52,517 nucleotides of DNA from a virus (IMGVR_UViG_3300033067_000691:1-52517), one strand, 5' to 3'; positions 1-8,971 are shown, counted from the first letter of the stretch. Notes: generated by a model not told the origin, from the letters alone. Numbers and translations are program-made.

Positions 1-22
1 AGTTCAATCATTGTGCCGTGGC

Positions 23-81
23 CCCTAACACGTCATTCCAGCGGACCGGCCTTCGGCCGCCCGCTGAATTCGGCGTTATAC
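23..81 (+). mobile_element. attC: integron attC site (59-base element)
   Basis: R'' CCCTAAC (23-29), inner arms TTCCAGCGGACCGGCC-TTC-GGCCGCCCGCTGAA, R' GTTATAC (75-81); 59 bp imperfect hairpin. Confidence 0.85.
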
Positions 82-140
82 GGCTTCATGCGAACATTGA
101 CGTTGGACAGCTTGGCGTTGATTTCTTTGAACTGGAACAT
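33..140 (-). pseudogene. truncated phage gene whose C-terminus is supplied by the attC (MFQFKEINAKLSNVNVRMKPYNAEFSGRPKAGPLE)
   Basis: AAGGAG RBS and ATG at 140; frame crosses the attC GTT crossover and stops inside attC. Confidence 0.5.
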
Positions 141-182
141 CGTGGACTTCTCCTTTTCTTACCGGAAATGATGGTTGGTGGA

Positions 183-614
183 TTACTCGACTACCTGCCA
201 GTCCTCGGCAAGCGCATCGGTCTGGCTGCACAGCCACGGCACGATCTGGCCGTTCGCCGTCTTCATGTCGATGTGCGCGTGGTAGTCGATCTGCGTGCCT
301 TCGGGATAGATGCCGAGCAATGGCGGGCGCGACACAAAGAACGTGGATCCGGGCACCAGAAACAGGAACATTCCTTTGCCGTTCCAGCCGGCGCGCGCAA
401 CCTTATTGCCCAGCTTCAGCATGTGCAGGGCGTCGCCGAAGGTCAGCGACTGCCCTTCGCCTTCAATGGCGCGGTAGGCTTCCTCGAAGACGGCGCGCGG
501 AGAAAAGCTCTGGTAGCCGTCTGCATAGGTAACGGCATAGCCGTCGCCGCGCGGGTCATCTGGCGTGACTGGATAGGCGGCGATGATCTTGGTTCCGATG
601 TATTTGCGGTGCAT
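183..614 (-). CDS. tad2: DUF2829 / Tad2-like cyclic-nucleotide sponge with an extra N-terminal domain
   Basis: C-half TFGDALHMLKLGNKVARAGWNGKGMFLFL...MKTANGQIVPWLCSQTDALAEDW matches the SPO1 Tad2 motif pattern; GGAGG RBS. Confidence 0.8.
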   Translation of the reverse strand: MHRKYIGTKIIAAYPVTPDDPRGDGYAVTYADGYQSFSPRAVFEEAYRAIEGEGQSLTFGDALHMLKLGNKVARAGWNGKGMFLFLVPGSTFFVSRPPLLGIYPEGTQIDYHAHIDMKTANGQIVPWLCSQTDALAEDWQVVE

Positions 615-631
615 AGTGTTTCCTCCGTGGA

Positions 632-952
632 TTAGAGCTTCAGCGTGTAGACACCAACAATTCCTGCCTGGCGCGCGTGGGTGATAAGCATCTGGGCAAT
701 GTCCATCGCCTGCTCAGGAGTGAAGCCAATCCATGCGGTAGGGGCCGCGAACTGCATCACCACCTTGCCGTTCTCGTGTCCGACCATCAGAGCAAGCGCG
801 CCCTCGTCGGATTGATTCAGCCTGCCGTCTGGAAATTCGCCTTGCAGCCTGCGCTGCGCGTCTTTCAGGGGATCGCCCGTTGCCTCGGCCTGTGCCAACA
901 ACTTCCGCAAGAGCGGGTTGTCGTCTCTCGGATCCGTTCCGTGGTGGCTCAT
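632..952 (-). CDS. hypothetical phage protein
   Basis: ORF in the early operon; AAGGA RBS before MSHHG. Confidence 0.65.
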   Translation of the reverse strand: MSHHGTDPRDDNPLLRKLLAQAEATGDPLKDAQRRLQGEFPDGRLNQSDEGALALMVGHENGKVVMQFAAPTAWIGFTPEQAMDIAQMLITHARQAGIVGVYTLKL

Positions 953-956
953 GTCC

Positions 957-1124
957 TTAATTCCCTTTCTTGAGTTCGTCATAGCGGCGCTTGAAAACCC
1001 GGCTCAGGCGCTCGCGCTGGCTGATGCAGCCGACGTGCTGGATGGTCTGTGCCGCCGCGATCAGTTCTGACCGACTCTTGGCGGCCGTCAGCAAGGTGGT
1101 AACCGCGGCGAAGGTGGCAACCAT
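957..1124 (-). CDS. small hypothetical protein
   Basis: ATG overlaps the ATPase stop (TGATG). Confidence 0.5.
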   Translation of the reverse strand: MVATFAAVTTLLTAAKSRSELIAAAQTIQHVGCISQRERLSRVFKRRYDELKKGN

Positions 1125-2884
1125 CACGCCGCCGCCTTGAGCTTTCCCACGACGCCGCCTTCGATCCAGTGCGCGCCCATCGTGGCCGGCAGATCGGCAG
1201 GCAGTGCCTTCAGCGTGCCGAAGATCAGCGCGGTGTCGATCTCGGTATTCGCGGCCAGGATGTCGAGCCACGCGATCAGGTCGGCGCGGCCCTGGATATC
1301 GAGCACGTCGAAGCGATCGAGCACCAGCAGCTTGAGGCCGGACAGATGCGATACCGCCTCGGCGATCATGGCGTCGACGCGCCACTTCTCGGACTCGGAG
1401 AGCAGCGAATAGGCGCGGCCTTCGCCATCGGCGCCGGCGGCCAGGGTGATGCCCATGTCGGACGCGATGCGCACGCTGCGCCAGCCCGTATCGGCGGCCG
1501 TCTGTTCCATCCGGGCGTTGATCGGTCCCAAGGCCTCGGCCAGCATTTCGCCGGGGATGCCATCGGGTGCCAGCGCGTCGCCGATCAGATCCCAGGCGGC
1601 GACATCGGCGTGATGCTGGGCGGCTTCGGCGGTCTTCTTGTCGGCGACATCGGCGGCGCGTGCCGCCTCGTCCAGCGCCTTGATCTGGCCCAGCAGGTTG
1701 GCGCGCTTCTGCTTCAGGTCTTCCACCAGACGCTTGGCGGCGGCGATCGCGTCGGCATCCGGGGGATCCGTCAGACCGGAATCCTCGAGCTCGCGCAGCG
1801 CCTTGGCGGCGGAATCAGCGGCGGCAAGATCCCGCCTGCCGTTGGCGACGGCGGACTCCATCAGGGCCAGCGCTTTCTCGTACTCGGGCAGCTTTTCGAC
1901 GGCCTCGGGATCCGCTTTCTGCTCTGGCGCGACGTACTCGATCAGGGCGCCGTCAGCCAGCCGATGTTCCAGCACCACGCCGCAGCATGGGCAGGTGAAG
2001 GTCTGTGCCTTGCCAGCCGTTCCGCTGGCCTTGGCGCGGGTTTCCTCGACCTTCTCCTGCCAGGACTTCAACTCGGCTTCGTCGCGGTTCAGCTTGTCCT
2101 GGATGCGGGCATAGTGGCCGGCGCGCTCGCGCAGATCCGACAGCCGACCCTTCTGCTCGGCGTAGCGTTTCTCCTGCCCGCCCAAATCGCCGACCGCGGC
2201 CGATGCTTTCTCGATCGCCTCGTCGTTGGATGCTGATTGCGCCTTTGCGGTGTCGAGCGCAGCCTTGTCAAATGCCGGCTTGTTTGCCTTCCAGCCGATC
2301 GCCTTCTTGGCGCCGTAGGTTTCGCCGGTGACCGCGCGCCATGCGCCTTTGGCAGCGGTGGCCTTGCCCTTGGCATCCTCGCAGGCGGCGGCAAAGCCGG
2401 CACGCAGGATCGGCATGATGGCCTCGATCTTCTTTGCGTCGCAGCCCTTGGCCTCCAGTCGGGCGCGCACGGCAGGACCATCCGCCGACAGGCCCATGAG
2501 CCCGAACAGAAAGGCGCGGCGCTCCTGATCGGTCATGCGCGAAAAGCGCTGGGCGTCCATAACGTAGGGAAGGGTCCGGGCGTGCTGCGTTACCGTGCCG
2601 CTGGTAATTTCATGCGCTCCGTTGGGCAACGTCATGGCGGCCTGACCGTCCTCGAGCTCGACTACAGAAAAACCGACGTCCTGCCCCTCGGTGACCAGGT
2701 TGCCGTATTCCTTTTTCAGCGCGACGCGCACCGTTTCACCGGTGAGCGCCATGCGGACGGCTTCCTGCACGCTGGATTTCCCGGCGTAGTTGTGGCCGGC
2801 AATCAGCGCTACCGGGCGGTCGATGGTGATGTCGGCGGCGCGCACGCCGAGGATGTTCTGGATCCTGATGGCGTTGAGTTTCAT
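1124..2884 (-). CDS. Rad50/SbcC-like coiled-coil ABC ATPase
   Basis: Walker A GHNYAGKSS, coiled coil with central CPCC hook, signature LSESEK, Walker B LLVLD. Confidence 0.85.
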   Translation of the reverse strand: MKLNAIRIQNILGVRAADITIDRPVALIAGHNYAGKSSVQEAVRMALTGETVRVALKKEYGNLVTEGQDVGFSVVELEDGQAAMTLPNGAHEITSGTVTQHARTLPYVMDAQRFSRMTDQERRAFLFGLMGLSADGPAVRARLEAKGCDAKKIEAIMPILRAGFAAACEDAKGKATAAKGAWRAVTGETYGAKKAIGWKANKPAFDKAALDTAKAQSASNDEAIEKASAAVGDLGGQEKRYAEQKGRLSDLRERAGHYARIQDKLNRDEAELKSWQEKVEETRAKASGTAGKAQTFTCPCCGVVLEHRLADGALIEYVAPEQKADPEAVEKLPEYEKALALMESAVANGRRDLAAADSAAKALRELEDSGLTDPPDADAIAAAKRLVEDLKQKRANLLGQIKALDEAARAADVADKKTAEAAQHHADVAAWDLIGDALAPDGIPGEMLAEALGPINARMEQTAADTGWRSVRIASDMGITLAAGADGEGRAYSLLSESEKWRVDAMIAEAVSHLSGLKLLVLDRFDVLDIQGRADLIAWLDILAANTEIDTALIFGTLKALPADLPATMGAHWIEGGVVGKLKAAA

Positions 2885-2892
2885 GGTCGCAT

Positions 2893-4125
2893 TTACTCCG
2901 GAGCCGAGGAAGAGCCGGAGCCGCGGCGGCGGCTGGCCGGTTGCGCTTGCTGGGCCTGGGCGGCAGCATTCCCCTGCGCCTGTACCTGCTCTGCCTTCTT
3001 GTTGGTGATCGCGGCATCGATCAGTTGCTGCTGCCCATCAGGTAGGCCGCGGGCGATGTCCTTGGCGGTGTCGATGTCGCCGGACTTGACGGCGGCGATA
3101 GCGTCTTCGAAGGTCGGGCCGCCACTGCCACCGATCTGGTTTCCGGCATTGGACTGCTGCTGCGCATTCGCGCTGCCGTCTTGCGTGGCGACATGGACCT
3201 CGCTCCCTGGCGGCGTCTCGATCGCAGCGCCGGCGCCCATGATGCCCCCGATTTCGCCTTCACCATGCTGTGGCGCGTCGTCGGGTTCGATCGTGAACTC
3301 GCCATCGATCGCGCCGATAGCCGCTCCGGCGTCGCCGGCTTCGTCGAGCGCAACCGCCTTCTGGAATTCCACCGAGAGCGGCAGGTACTTCGCCAGTCGG
3401 CGAATCACGGTCTTGCGCCCCATTTCGGAGTAGTGCTCTTTCCATGGCCCCTTGATCTCGATGCGGCCTTTGTCGTCGCGCTTCGCACCGTTCTTGATCG
3501 CCGAGGCGTCGCGGATCTCGTTGACCTGGGCAACGCTCATGACCTCAAACGCGGTGCCGCCATCCTTGAGCTTGGCGTAGGCGTAGAAGTGGGTAATCTG
3601 GCCGCGATCGGGGGCGGAATCCGGGCGGTGCTTCAGCGTCTCTTCGAGGCCGTAGGAGAAGTCGAATTCGTCGCGCTCGCGTACTTCATGGGCGGCAATG
3701 CTCACGATCTGACCGCTACGGCGGGCGAGATCGATCAGGCCCTTGTAGCCGATGACAACCTGGACGAGCTTGCGCTTCTTCCAGCTTCCGTCACGATCCT
3801 TTTCGTTCTTGTTGAACGGGATCATGTAGGCGTGGCCAAGCACGGTATTGGGCTCAAGGCCAAACATCGCGCACTGCCCGACGGCGGTAATCAGGCTGGG
3901 GACTTCGCATTCGAGCAGCGCCGGCGTCGTCGTAGCGGCGATCGTGGCGACCTTGAGCAGCCGGTCAGCGGACAGGTGCGAGGGCAGCATCCTGGCGATG
4001 TCGGCCTTGCGTTCGTTGAGCAGCGCCGCGATGCGCGTCTTCGGTGGCATCTTGGCGAGTGCGGCTTTACGTTCCTCGCCCTTGAGTGAGGCGAGGGACA
4101 TGGGGGCGGTAGCTGGGGCATTCAT
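2893..4125 (-). CDS. recT: RecT family ssDNA-annealing recombinase with low-complexity C-tail
   Basis: GLEPNTVLGHAYMIPF, IGYKGLIDLARRSG, PWKEHYSEMGRKTVIRRLAKYLPLS. Confidence 0.92.
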   Translation of the reverse strand: MNAPATAPMSLASLKGEERKAALAKMPPKTRIAALLNERKADIARMLPSHLSADRLLKVATIAATTTPALLECEVPSLITAVGQCAMFGLEPNTVLGHAYMIPFNKNEKDRDGSWKKRKLVQVVIGYKGLIDLARRSGQIVSIAAHEVRERDEFDFSYGLEETLKHRPDSAPDRGQITHFYAYAKLKDGGTAFEVMSVAQVNEIRDASAIKNGAKRDDKGRIEIKGPWKEHYSEMGRKTVIRRLAKYLPLSVEFQKAVALDEAGDAGAAIGAIDGEFTIEPDDAPQHGEGEIGGIMGAGAAIETPPGSEVHVATQDGSANAQQQSNAGNQIGGSGGPTFEDAIAAVKSGDIDTAKDIARGLPDGQQQLIDAAITNKKAEQVQAQGNAAAQAQQAQPASRRRGSGSSSAPE

Positions 4126-4139
4126 GGCGGTGATTCCTT

Positions 4140-4670
4140 TCAGGCGTTGGTGAATTGGCTCCAGTACGGATGCTTTCGCATCCGCGCATGAAGTTGGAGG
4201 TGGTACTTGATAGTGCAGACCAGTAGGTTTTCTGGACGGTTGTCCGTTCGATCGCAATTGATGTGATGAACAACCTCGCCGCGGCGCAGCTTTCTTCCAA
4301 TGGAGCGCTCGGCAACAATGGTGTGTTCGTATTGCCTGGATTTGCGCCCGGTGGCAACTTGGATATATCCATGGCTTGATTTCGTCTTGTTACCAATAGC
4401 GCGCTGCGTCAGGATGTCGTATCCGGCCGGCGCTCCAAGTGGGCGTATTGGTTTTGCTGGATGGTGAGACCTGCGCGCATCGGTCCATGGGCGCCCCCGG
4501 TGCGCGTCGCCCCTTGCTTGAATCTTTACCCCAGATCGCTTCAGTAAGCGATACGCCGTCGCTACCGGAATACCGGTCGCCACTGAGGTCTTTTCGATGG
4601 ACTTGCTTTCGCTGTACGAGGCTGCGCAGCGCTTCACGTCTTCCGTCGTCCATTTGAACTTTCCACTCAT
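4140..4670 (-). CDS. HNH homing endonuclease with N-terminal HTH
   Basis: YEHTIVAERSIGRKL...VVHHINCDRTDNRPENL; lower GC than neighbours. Confidence 0.85.
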   Translation of the reverse strand: MSGKFKWTTEDVKRCAASYSESKSIEKTSVATGIPVATAYRLLKRSGVKIQARGDAHRGRPWTDARRSHHPAKPIRPLGAPAGYDILTQRAIGNKTKSSHGYIQVATGRKSRQYEHTIVAERSIGRKLRRGEVVHHINCDRTDNRPENLLVCTIKYHLQLHARMRKHPYWSQFTNA

Positions 4671-4671
4671 A

Positions 4672-5493
4672 TCAACCCCTGAACGCACAGGAATTCCAGC
4701 GCACGCAATACTTCTCGCTGCAGAGCGTGGTGCTGGGATTGGGAGGAAACAGGCCGGTCTTGAACATCACGGCCGCGTACTCGATTAGGCCTTTCTGTTC
4801 GTCGGTGCCGACCATCATTCGCTTGGCATTGCTGATGGTGCCCTCGGCGATTTCGGGTTTCCCCGACGTCTTGAGGCCGATGATTCCGCCGGGTTCGGTG
4901 ATGACGTCGCCGGTGGTGTGCTCGTACAGGAGTTCATAGGTGCCGACCTGAGCCGCGAAGCCCTTGGTTTTGGCGACGCCTTTCTCGACGGCCCGGCCGC
5001 CACTCTTGACGTCCTTGATGCCGACGCCGCCGCTCTCGGCGTAGATGCGGGCGCGATCGAGCGTGCCGGTCAGGCGCACGATGATGCCGTTGCCGCAGTC
5101 GATGTCGAGCGGAGCGGTTTCCATTTCGACGGCCCGGAAGGTGAACCGCGGGCTCCAGTCGGTGCAGTAGCGCGAGTGCAGGATCAGGCCGACCTTCTCG
5201 GCCTCGTCGACGGTCATGTCTTCGTCGCGGTGCGCGATATCGTCTTCCGGGTGGCGCAGCTTGTCGACGAGCAGGCCCGCGGTATCGTCCGGCGTGAAGC
5301 CGGCGCCGTCGATGCGGCCCTGGTCAAAGGCCGCGGTGCTGGCGTGGATCGCCGTGCCAAGAACCGCGGCGATGCCAACGGGACCACGCATGCCGAGCAG
5401 GTTGCTGGCTTCCCAGCGCATTGCGCAGTCGAAGAGACTGCCCCAGCTTGAGGCGCGGACGCGGTAGGCGACCGGGGTTTCAGGTGCGTTCAT
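4672..5493 (-). CDS. PD-(D/E)XK (RecB/Cas4-like) exonuclease, RecT partner
   Basis: GTAIHA, LTGTLD, IKDVKSG, QVGTY and C-terminal LCSEKYCVRWNSC. Confidence 0.85.
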   Translation of the reverse strand: MNAPETPVAYRVRASSWGSLFDCAMRWEASNLLGMRGPVGIAAVLGTAIHASTAAFDQGRIDGAGFTPDDTAGLLVDKLRHPEDDIAHRDEDMTVDEAEKVGLILHSRYCTDWSPRFTFRAVEMETAPLDIDCGNGIIVRLTGTLDRARIYAESGGVGIKDVKSGGRAVEKGVAKTKGFAAQVGTYELLYEHTTGDVITEPGGIIGLKTSGKPEIAEGTISNAKRMMVGTDEQKGLIEYAAVMFKTGLFPPNPSTTLCSEKYCVRWNSCAFRG

Positions 5494-5643
5494 GGCGCAG
5501 TGTTCCTTTCTGCCGGCTGTGCCGGCGTGGTGGTGTTCGGTTTCGTGCAATCGGCGATGACTTGCAGGATCAACAGCGCATGGCCCGGCTTTTCTTCAGT
5601 GATGACTCCAGCCAGGAACATCGCCACCGCGCGCCAATCGGTT

Positions 5644-5835
5644 TCAAGATGCGGAACGGCGGGCCTTGCGCTTGCTGCCGTAGCGCTGGATGTTTCGCTT
5701 CTCGGCGCAGGGAGCGCATTCGTGGCGGTCCTGCATGGCGCCTCCCTTGGTCCTGACGCGGCGAGTAACGGTGGCCGGCTGGCGCTGACAGTTCTGGCAG
5801 ACAACATTCGGCGTGGTGGATGGCGCATGGCTCAT
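5644..5835 (-). CDS. small zinc-ribbon protein
   Basis: CQNC...CAPC; coupled to upstream stop. Confidence 0.5.
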   Translation of the reverse strand: MSHAPSTTPNVVCQNCQRQPATVTRRVRTKGGAMQDRHECAPCAEKRNIQRYGSKRKARRSAS

Positions 5836-6080
5836 GTCCTCGTGGCTTTCCGCTTGACGACGGCTTTGTGCGGTGGCGCGTACTCGAAAACGCAGGTAAT
5901 CGACGGCTCAGGCCTGGTGGCCTGCACCACGGCCAGCAGGCGCGACTCCCCAGGCTGCGGCAGGCACTTGACGGACAGATCGGACAGGGCGCGTTCCTCG
6001 CCAATGCCGATTCCGATCACGACCAACGCGCAGGCGATGGCACCGAAGAACACGGCGTAATCCGCTGGGCGGGTGCTCAC
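5832..6080 (-). CDS. small membrane protein
   Basis: GTG start overlapping upstream stop; hydrophobic YAVFFGAIACALVVIGIGI. Confidence 0.5.
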   Translation of the reverse strand: MSTRPADYAVFFGAIACALVVIGIGIGEERALSDLSVKCLPQPGESRLLAVVQATRPEPSITCVFEYAPPHKAVVKRKATRT

Positions 6081-6181
6081 GGGAAAGCCCTCCGTTCGGC
6101 CATTCCCCATGCAGCGCGCCAGGTGGCGTGCAGCCGACGGTAGGTACGCAGGGCGCGGATGATGCGTGCGATGGTCTTCAT
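6077..6181 (-). CDS. small basic protein
   Basis: Translationally coupled on both sides. Confidence 0.4.
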   Translation of the reverse strand: MKTIARIIRALRTYRRLHATWRAAWGMAERRAFP

Positions 6182-6468
6182 CACCAGGCTCCCGAGTTGA
6201 TGGCCCGAGCCTCGGCGCGGTCGAACAGCGCGAGTTCTTCGGAATCCCAGGCGTTGAGCTTCTGAATGCCATGGCGGATCGTCGCAACTTCCGGCGCCGG
6301 GCACAGACCGCTGCCCGGGCGATGCGGAAATTCATAGGCCGTGCATCCGCAGAGCTTCTTGTCGCGCATGACGGTGGCCTTGGCGGCAACGCGCTGGAGA
6401 GTCGCCTTGCCTTCGGCGCGGGCCAGGTTGCTGGCCAGCTTGAAATAGTCGGTGGTCACGAGTTCCAC
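6181..6468 (-). CDS. hypothetical protein (CxC...HR...C motif)
   Basis: LCGCTAYEFPHRPGSGLC; operon context. Confidence 0.55.
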   Translation of the reverse strand: MELVTTDYFKLASNLARAEGKATLQRVAAKATVMRDKKLCGCTAYEFPHRPGSGLCPAPEVATIRHGIQKLNAWDSEELALFDRAEARAINSGAW

Positions 6469-6653
6469 AGCGGAAGTCCTCCGTTCTTGTAGATCCAGGT
6501 CAGGAAGGCGACCAGAGCGGCGATGAAGGTCCAGGCAAACGCGCAGACGGCATCGCTCAATGGATCGGCATATCCGGCGCTATCCGAGATTTCGTCGTCC
6601 TGCAGATCGGCGGGCCGGGTGCCTTTGTAGGGCTTGTCGTCGTAGAACCACAT
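6456..6653 (-). CDS. small membrane protein
   Basis: C-terminal hydrophobic helix. Confidence 0.5.
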   Translation of the reverse strand: MWFYDDKPYKGTRPADLQDDEISDSAGYADPLSDAVCAFAWTFIAALVAFLTWIYKNGGLPLWNS

Positions 6654-6660
6654 GACGTCA

Positions 6661-6894
6661 TCAGCCCCGGCAGGCGGCGCGGTGCTTCGCGCGGTTCTTG
6701 GCTTTGATGGCGGCGCGCTTGGACTGTGCGACCGTACCGGGCGGGTGCTTGAGGAATCCGCCGTCAGCGTGCTGCGCCGTCGTGCGACGCGGCTTGCTGG
6801 CGTAGCGCTCCATGAAACTGCCGAGGTTGAACATCACGCCTCGAAAGCCTGCTGCGGCAGCAATGGCCAGCGAGATCAATCCACGTTTTTGCAT
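6661..6894 (-). CDS. first gene of the leftward operon, basic C-terminus
   Basis: AGGAGG RBS; KRAAIKAKNRAKHR tail. Confidence 0.55.
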   Translation of the reverse strand: MQKRGLISLAIAAAAGFRGVMFNLGSFMERYASKPRRTTAQHADGGFLKHPPGTVAQSKRAAIKAKNRAKHRAACRG

Positions 6895-7046
6895 GATTCC
6901 TCCTGAGTTCAGATTTGCTACGGGTGCTGCTGTCGTCTTCGTCGCTTGCAGGCTCAAGAGGTCGGCGGTGCCATTGCTCTGTTGCCTGGGCGTCTCCCCG
7001 CGCTCGGCGGCTTTGACTGGTCCGCGATTCGCTGCGGATTAAGGGC

Positions 7047-7087
7047 AGTCTATCCAAAAGAAACTTGGAATGCAAGAAAAATTTGGA
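7047..7087 (-). promoter_or_regulatory. pL promoter overlapped by two 17-bp operators (7053-7069, 7071-7087)
   Basis: Minus strand TTGCAT-17bp-TAGACT; operators TCCAAAAGAAACTTGGA and TGCAAGAAAAATTTGGA. Confidence 0.8.
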
Positions 7088-7129
7088 GGTACAGGCGAAA
7101 CAAATCGAAGGGCGGTCTTGCGGCCCTGA

Positions 7130-7516
7130 TCAGCGAATGGCTTTTACGTTGTCAGGCCGAGGGGATTCGTCAGCACGATATTTGACGTACTTCACGATAT
7201 CCAATTGCTCGGCTGGGCTGAGTTGCCGAAACAACTTTATCAGCTCCAGTTCTACGGCGGAAACGCCGACCCTGGTAAATCCAGACACGTCTTCCTCCTG
7301 TCCGAATAGCACTGTAATCGGGGCTACGCCGATGGCTCGGCATAGCGGGATTAAAGCAGGGAGAGGGGGGAACTGTTGCCCGGTCGAATATAGCCTGACC
7401 GTTTCTGCGCTCATATGGATTGGCTCTGCAAGCTTTCCCCAGGATGTCGGCTCATGCCGATCTTTCCATGCCTGCATAGCTTCTTTCAACCGGATTTTGG
7501 CGGCGTCTAGGTCCAT
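7130..7516 (-). CDS. cI: CI-like XRE repressor lacking an S24 autopeptidase domain
   Basis: HTH SWGKLAEPIHMSAETVRLYSTG; divergent from cro; flanked by operator pairs. Confidence 0.8.
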   Translation of the reverse strand: MDLDAAKIRLKEAMQAWKDRHEPTSWGKLAEPIHMSAETVRLYSTGQQFPPLPALIPLCRAIGVAPITVLFGQEEDVSGFTRVGVSAVELELIKLFRQLSPAEQLDIVKYVKYRADESPRPDNVKAIR

Positions 7517-7550
7517 GACGAATCCTACCTACGGCCCACCACGGCGGGAC

Positions 7551-7590
7551 ACCAAAATAAATTTGCAATCCAAAAAGAATTTGGTATCAT
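7551..7590 (+). promoter_or_regulatory. pR promoter with two 17-bp operators (7551-7567, 7569-7585)
   Basis: TTGCAA (7563-68) and extended -10 TGgTATCAT; operators ACCAAAATAAATTTGCA and TCCAAAAAGAATTTGGT. Confidence 0.8.
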
Positions 7591-7596
7591 GTGGGC

Positions 7597-7794
7597 ATGA
7601 CTGCATTCGACAAACTCGTAAAGCACTTTGGATCACAGGCCGAAATCGCCGAGCACTACAACGTTTCCGGTGAAACCGTTCGTCTGTGGAAGCACAACGG
7701 GCTGCCGGCAAATCGGGCGCTGGACTTTGAGCGAGACACGAAGGGCGCGGTAACGATTCGGGAAGTGCTGGAATCGAGCAGGGGAGCTGCTTAA
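7597..7794 (+). CDS. cro: Cro/YdaS-like repressor
   Basis: FGSQAEIAEHYNVSGETVRLW...LPANRA HTH. Confidence 0.85.
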   Translation: MTAFDKLVKHFGSQAEIAEHYNVSGETVRLWKHNGLPANRALDFERDTKGAVTIREVLESSRGAA

Positions 7795-8349
7795 ATGCCG
7801 CCAACAAAACGCCGACCATGCCAGACCTGCGGAAAGCCCAACATGCGGCACGTTCCGGATTGCTGGCATTGCGAAAGGAGCGCGGCGGACAGCAGCAAAG
7901 CCCGTAACTGCGCGATTTGTGATGGCGCTATCCCGAGGGGGCGCAGCCATTCTCAGTATTGCGGCCTTCAGTGTGCAACAGCTGTTTCCGAGGCCAGGGC
8001 AGGCGTTGGCAACAGGATTGCTCAACTCGTTAAAAGCGGAAGTTTTCTGCCAGCGAAAACCCTGCTTTGTGCTGATTGCGGAGGGCCGGCGAAGGAATAC
8101 GAGCACAGGGAATATCTGAAACCGCTCGACGTTGTACCGGTGTGTCGTTCCTGCAATCTTAGGAGGGGCCCGGCAGTCGATGTAAGACCGTTTGTTGCCA
8201 AGCACTTTGGCATTTCGATCTCGGAGATCCCGGTCTTTATTGCCCGTCGACGCGAAGAAGCCAATGAGCGGAGATACAAACTCCTTCATCCGCGCGGGAA
8301 CCTTACAGCAAAAGTCGGCGCTGGCGACACGGCGAAGGAAGCTGCCTGA
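7795..8349 (+). CDS. zinc-finger / HNH-like protein
   Basis: Multiple CxxC; CADCG...EHREYLKPLDVVPVCRSCN. Confidence 0.65.
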   Translation: MPPTKRRPCQTCGKPNMRHVPDCWHCERSAADSSKARNCAICDGAIPRGRSHSQYCGLQCATAVSEARAGVGNRIAQLVKSGSFLPAKTLLCADCGGPAKEYEHREYLKPLDVVPVCRSCNLRRGPAVDVRPFVAKHFGISISEIPVFIARRREEANERRYKLLHPRGNLTAKVGAGDTAKEAA

Positions 8350-8773
8350 AATGAGTCCCAAGCTTTGGGACAAGGAAAGGTCAATGGACGCCGCAGCGCG
8401 GCATCTTGGGATTACGTTTTCGAAGCCCGCGCTCTCACTCACGCCGGCGGCTGATCGAAAAACAGAACTCGATACGGAAATTGCGCGCCTTCGAGCTCGA
8501 ATAGCAGAGCAGCGAGCGGTGACATCCCGGCACCTAGGCTGGCAAGCAGACAGGACTCTGACAGAAGTTCTATTTCTGGGTACTTGCCTGCTACGTCGCG
8601 TACAGCCTGCCGCAGAGTCGGCCAGGTTGATCGGCTTGACCTGTCTTCGCTGGTGGCTTCGATGATGATCAGTACTGAGTTCATGGCCCATCCCTTTCTG
8701 AACGCTGGTTGTGTGGAAACTCCATCGTATCAGGATGGGGTGGGCCTCCATTCCATGACGAAAGGAAAGTGAA

Positions 8774-8971
8774 ATGACCGACAAACTCACTCCCCGGCAA
8801 AACGAGATCATCAGCGAGACGCTGGCGCGCATCGCCGAGGCCGACCAAAGAAGTGACGGGATGCCGGAACGCTTGAAGACGATCCGGCGATCCCTGGTAG
8901 CGGAACTCGAAGCCGTTACCGCCGAAACAGAGATTCCATCCTCTTTTGTCAGCGGGAGCATTGCTGGATGA
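8774..8971 (+). CDS. small hypothetical protein
   Basis: AAGGA upstream; ATGA coupling to next gene. Confidence 0.55.
   Translation: MTDKLTPRQNEIISETLARIAEADQRSDGMPERLKTIRRSLVAELEAVTAETEIPSSFVSGSIAG

Noticed and set aside
18-635. 205-aa + strand ORF starting MAPNTSFQRTGLRPPAEF
   Set aside because: It is a translation of the attC plus the antisense shadow of the Tad2-like gene.
6661-6894. Lambda N-like antiterminator
   Set aside because: The position and basic tail fit, but no clear boxA/boxB was found, so it is left hypothetical.
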